Origin: Callorhinchus milii
Taxonomy: Eukaryota
NCBI RefSeq assembly: GCF_018977255.1
Contig: NW_024704743.1
Location: 57,848,001 to 57,912,000, forward strand
Reading direction: 5' to 3'
Length of the DNA: 64,000 nucleotides
Shown: positions 62,186-64,000 of the stretch, in pieces
Layout: each line of letters starts with the position of its first letter
How positions within the stretch are numbered: the first letter of the stretch is position 1
Notes under the pieces: generated by a model
What the model was told of the DNA's origin: nothing
The model's input: the letters and a program-made list of their open reading frames with translations, nothing else
The model's database searches: none
Made by a program: the position numbers and the translations under genes

Positions 62186-63714
62186 ATAAAGTATGCCAAG
62201 GAATAGATTTTAAAGTTTAGTTTTGTTTTAAACCTAAGTGTTGTACAGTGACACCTCAGTGACTGATTGGTTTTGCCAAGGGCATCAACACAACTACATT
62301 ACGTCAGTGATGTGTACAGAACTAAACAATATTTTATTTTAAATGTTAGATAGGATTTACAGGGCGCATTTTATTTTATTACATTTATTTTAAATGCATT
62401 AACACATAGATGGAAAATACAGCTAGCCGGACTGGATCTCTCCCCTTCCCCACTGCTATTAGTAGGGTTAGAGGGGAATTGAGTGTAATCATTATTTCTC
62501 AATGATTCACAACATAATTTTTAGTTCTCCCAGCACATTTAGTGGTAGCTTCTTGAATCAAAATATATTTTTAGTGAAGAGTATAAATTGTTTTGTTTTC
62601 TTTTCCATCCTTTAAACATTTTGATTTAATCAGGAAAGCAAAAAGCCCAAAAGACATTCTCTTAAATTGAAGTAGTTATCTCCTCCTCCCCTCACTGGTT
62701 TGTTACACAGATCAGAGATTTCCATAGATTAGAACTGCACCTTTCCAAGTAATAAAACTGCATACTATTATTTGAAGTTTGAAAGATAATTATCAACACT
62801 GTGCTTAAATGGTAATATGATGCTTCTTGAAACAAAGGTTCATTAGCTTTGGTGGAATAGGTAAAAGGGAAAAGTGAGTAAGCAACATTACCAGCATTAA
62901 AATAAATTAGACTTTGCACATAAGGTGAAGGAAAAGTCAGAGGGAGATAACATGAGTTGTCCTCAGAACATCAACATGCACATACTAGATTCATATCTAC
63001 TCACAAACAAAATAAGAAAATTCTGATCCATTGAAGTCTTTCATGGTACTCTTTTACTCTGCATTGTTATATTATAATAAAATCTATAAAACAATAAAGG
63101 AAACAAAATGAACCAAGAGATCGATAAGAAAAATATGGCAAGTTTATTCTTTGATAACAAACCAGGCTATTTTAGGAAAATGATCTTTCTTCAAGTTAAA
63201 AGAGCAATTTTGTTCATATTAGTAAAAGATTTACAATGAACTGCCAGTCCATAAGGAAGTTCATTCGCCAAAAACATAAATGTTGATTTCTAGGTCCCTC
63301 TAAAAATGGAGACCTTCATTAATTAATAAATCTGCTTGCTTGTGCTGTATATAAATTAGATTGTATATTTTGTCAAACAACCAGTGATGCCTATTCAGGT
63401 TCCTAAATGGCTAAGAAATGTTATTGTTTAATACAACTTGGAAGGCCATTGAGAGCGAGTGTCTGGGAGAGTGCATGTTGGACATAAGTAATCACAATCT
63501 CAGCAAAATTTGCTCAGAATAAAATGAACTTCAGTGTAAAACTGCCTGGAACTCAAAACAAAAATCTATGATACCCAATCTTCCACAAATACATTTAATA
63601 TACTGACACATCACAATGTGTACAGGTTAGACAACAGAAATAAAAGGCAAAAAAAATTAAGCTCTATTGTCAGATCAATGAATTAAGATCCCCAGGTCGG
63701 ATCCTGAAGATTTA

Positions 63715-63925
63715 CAAAGAATGACAGCATGGAAACAGGTCACTCGGCCCAACCAGTCCGTACCGCTATTTATACTCCACACGAGTCTCCAATCATTCCT
63801 TATTCCTGCCCATACCCTTCTATTCCCCTCTCCCTCATATAAAGGTCTACCTTCCTATCGAATGCATCTACACTATCTGATTCAACCACAACTTCAAGCA
63901 GCGAGTTCCACAATCTCATTATCCT
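63715..63925 (-). mobile_element. CR1-type LINE 3' end
   Basis: acagcatggaaacagg.ca.tcggcccaacc...tttatactccac, the reverse complement of a CR1 tail. Confidence 0.75.
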
Positions 63926-64000
63926 CTGGTATCATTGCAGTAAACTAGTAAACCTACACTGTACTCTTACATCACTGCTATATCCTTTGTGTAGTGCGGA

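Noticed and set aside
47287..64000. Preceding constitutive PHF14 exon (CxxC...DNENLVR)
   Set aside because: Not found by eye; probably beyond 64000, though I could have missed it.

Overview
Vertebrate nuclear DNA, most likely a cartilaginous fish. This is inferred from the repeat profile: L2 LINEs with (TTG)n tails, a tRNA-head/Deu-domain SINE with a (TTA)n tail and CR1 relics, as described for chimaeras and sharks. The only gene I recognise is PHF14 on the minus strand: the 118-nt exon completing its last PHD finger (47169-47286) and an acidic terminal exon (26432-26518). The preceding PHF14 exon was not found in 47287-64000. Downstream of PHF14 lies a CpG-rich element (about 5.3-6.0 kb) with four TALE (PBX/PREP-type) sites in two inverted pairs. 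From it, chains of small GT-AG exons can be traced by eye in both directions: a plus-strand model of 11 coding exons (215 aa, ending near 22.2 kb) and a minus-strand model running off the left edge. I recognise neither protein, and both models are hand-built and unverified. The rest is repeats: a decayed 2.4-kb L2 with an in-frame nested insertion, many L2, CR1 and SINE fragments, a Tx1-type fragment with a TSD, a decayed hAT transposon, two MITEs, a minisatellite and a microsatellite. PHF14 introns also carry candidate poison exons and two hairpins. Coordinates of decayed repeats are approximate.
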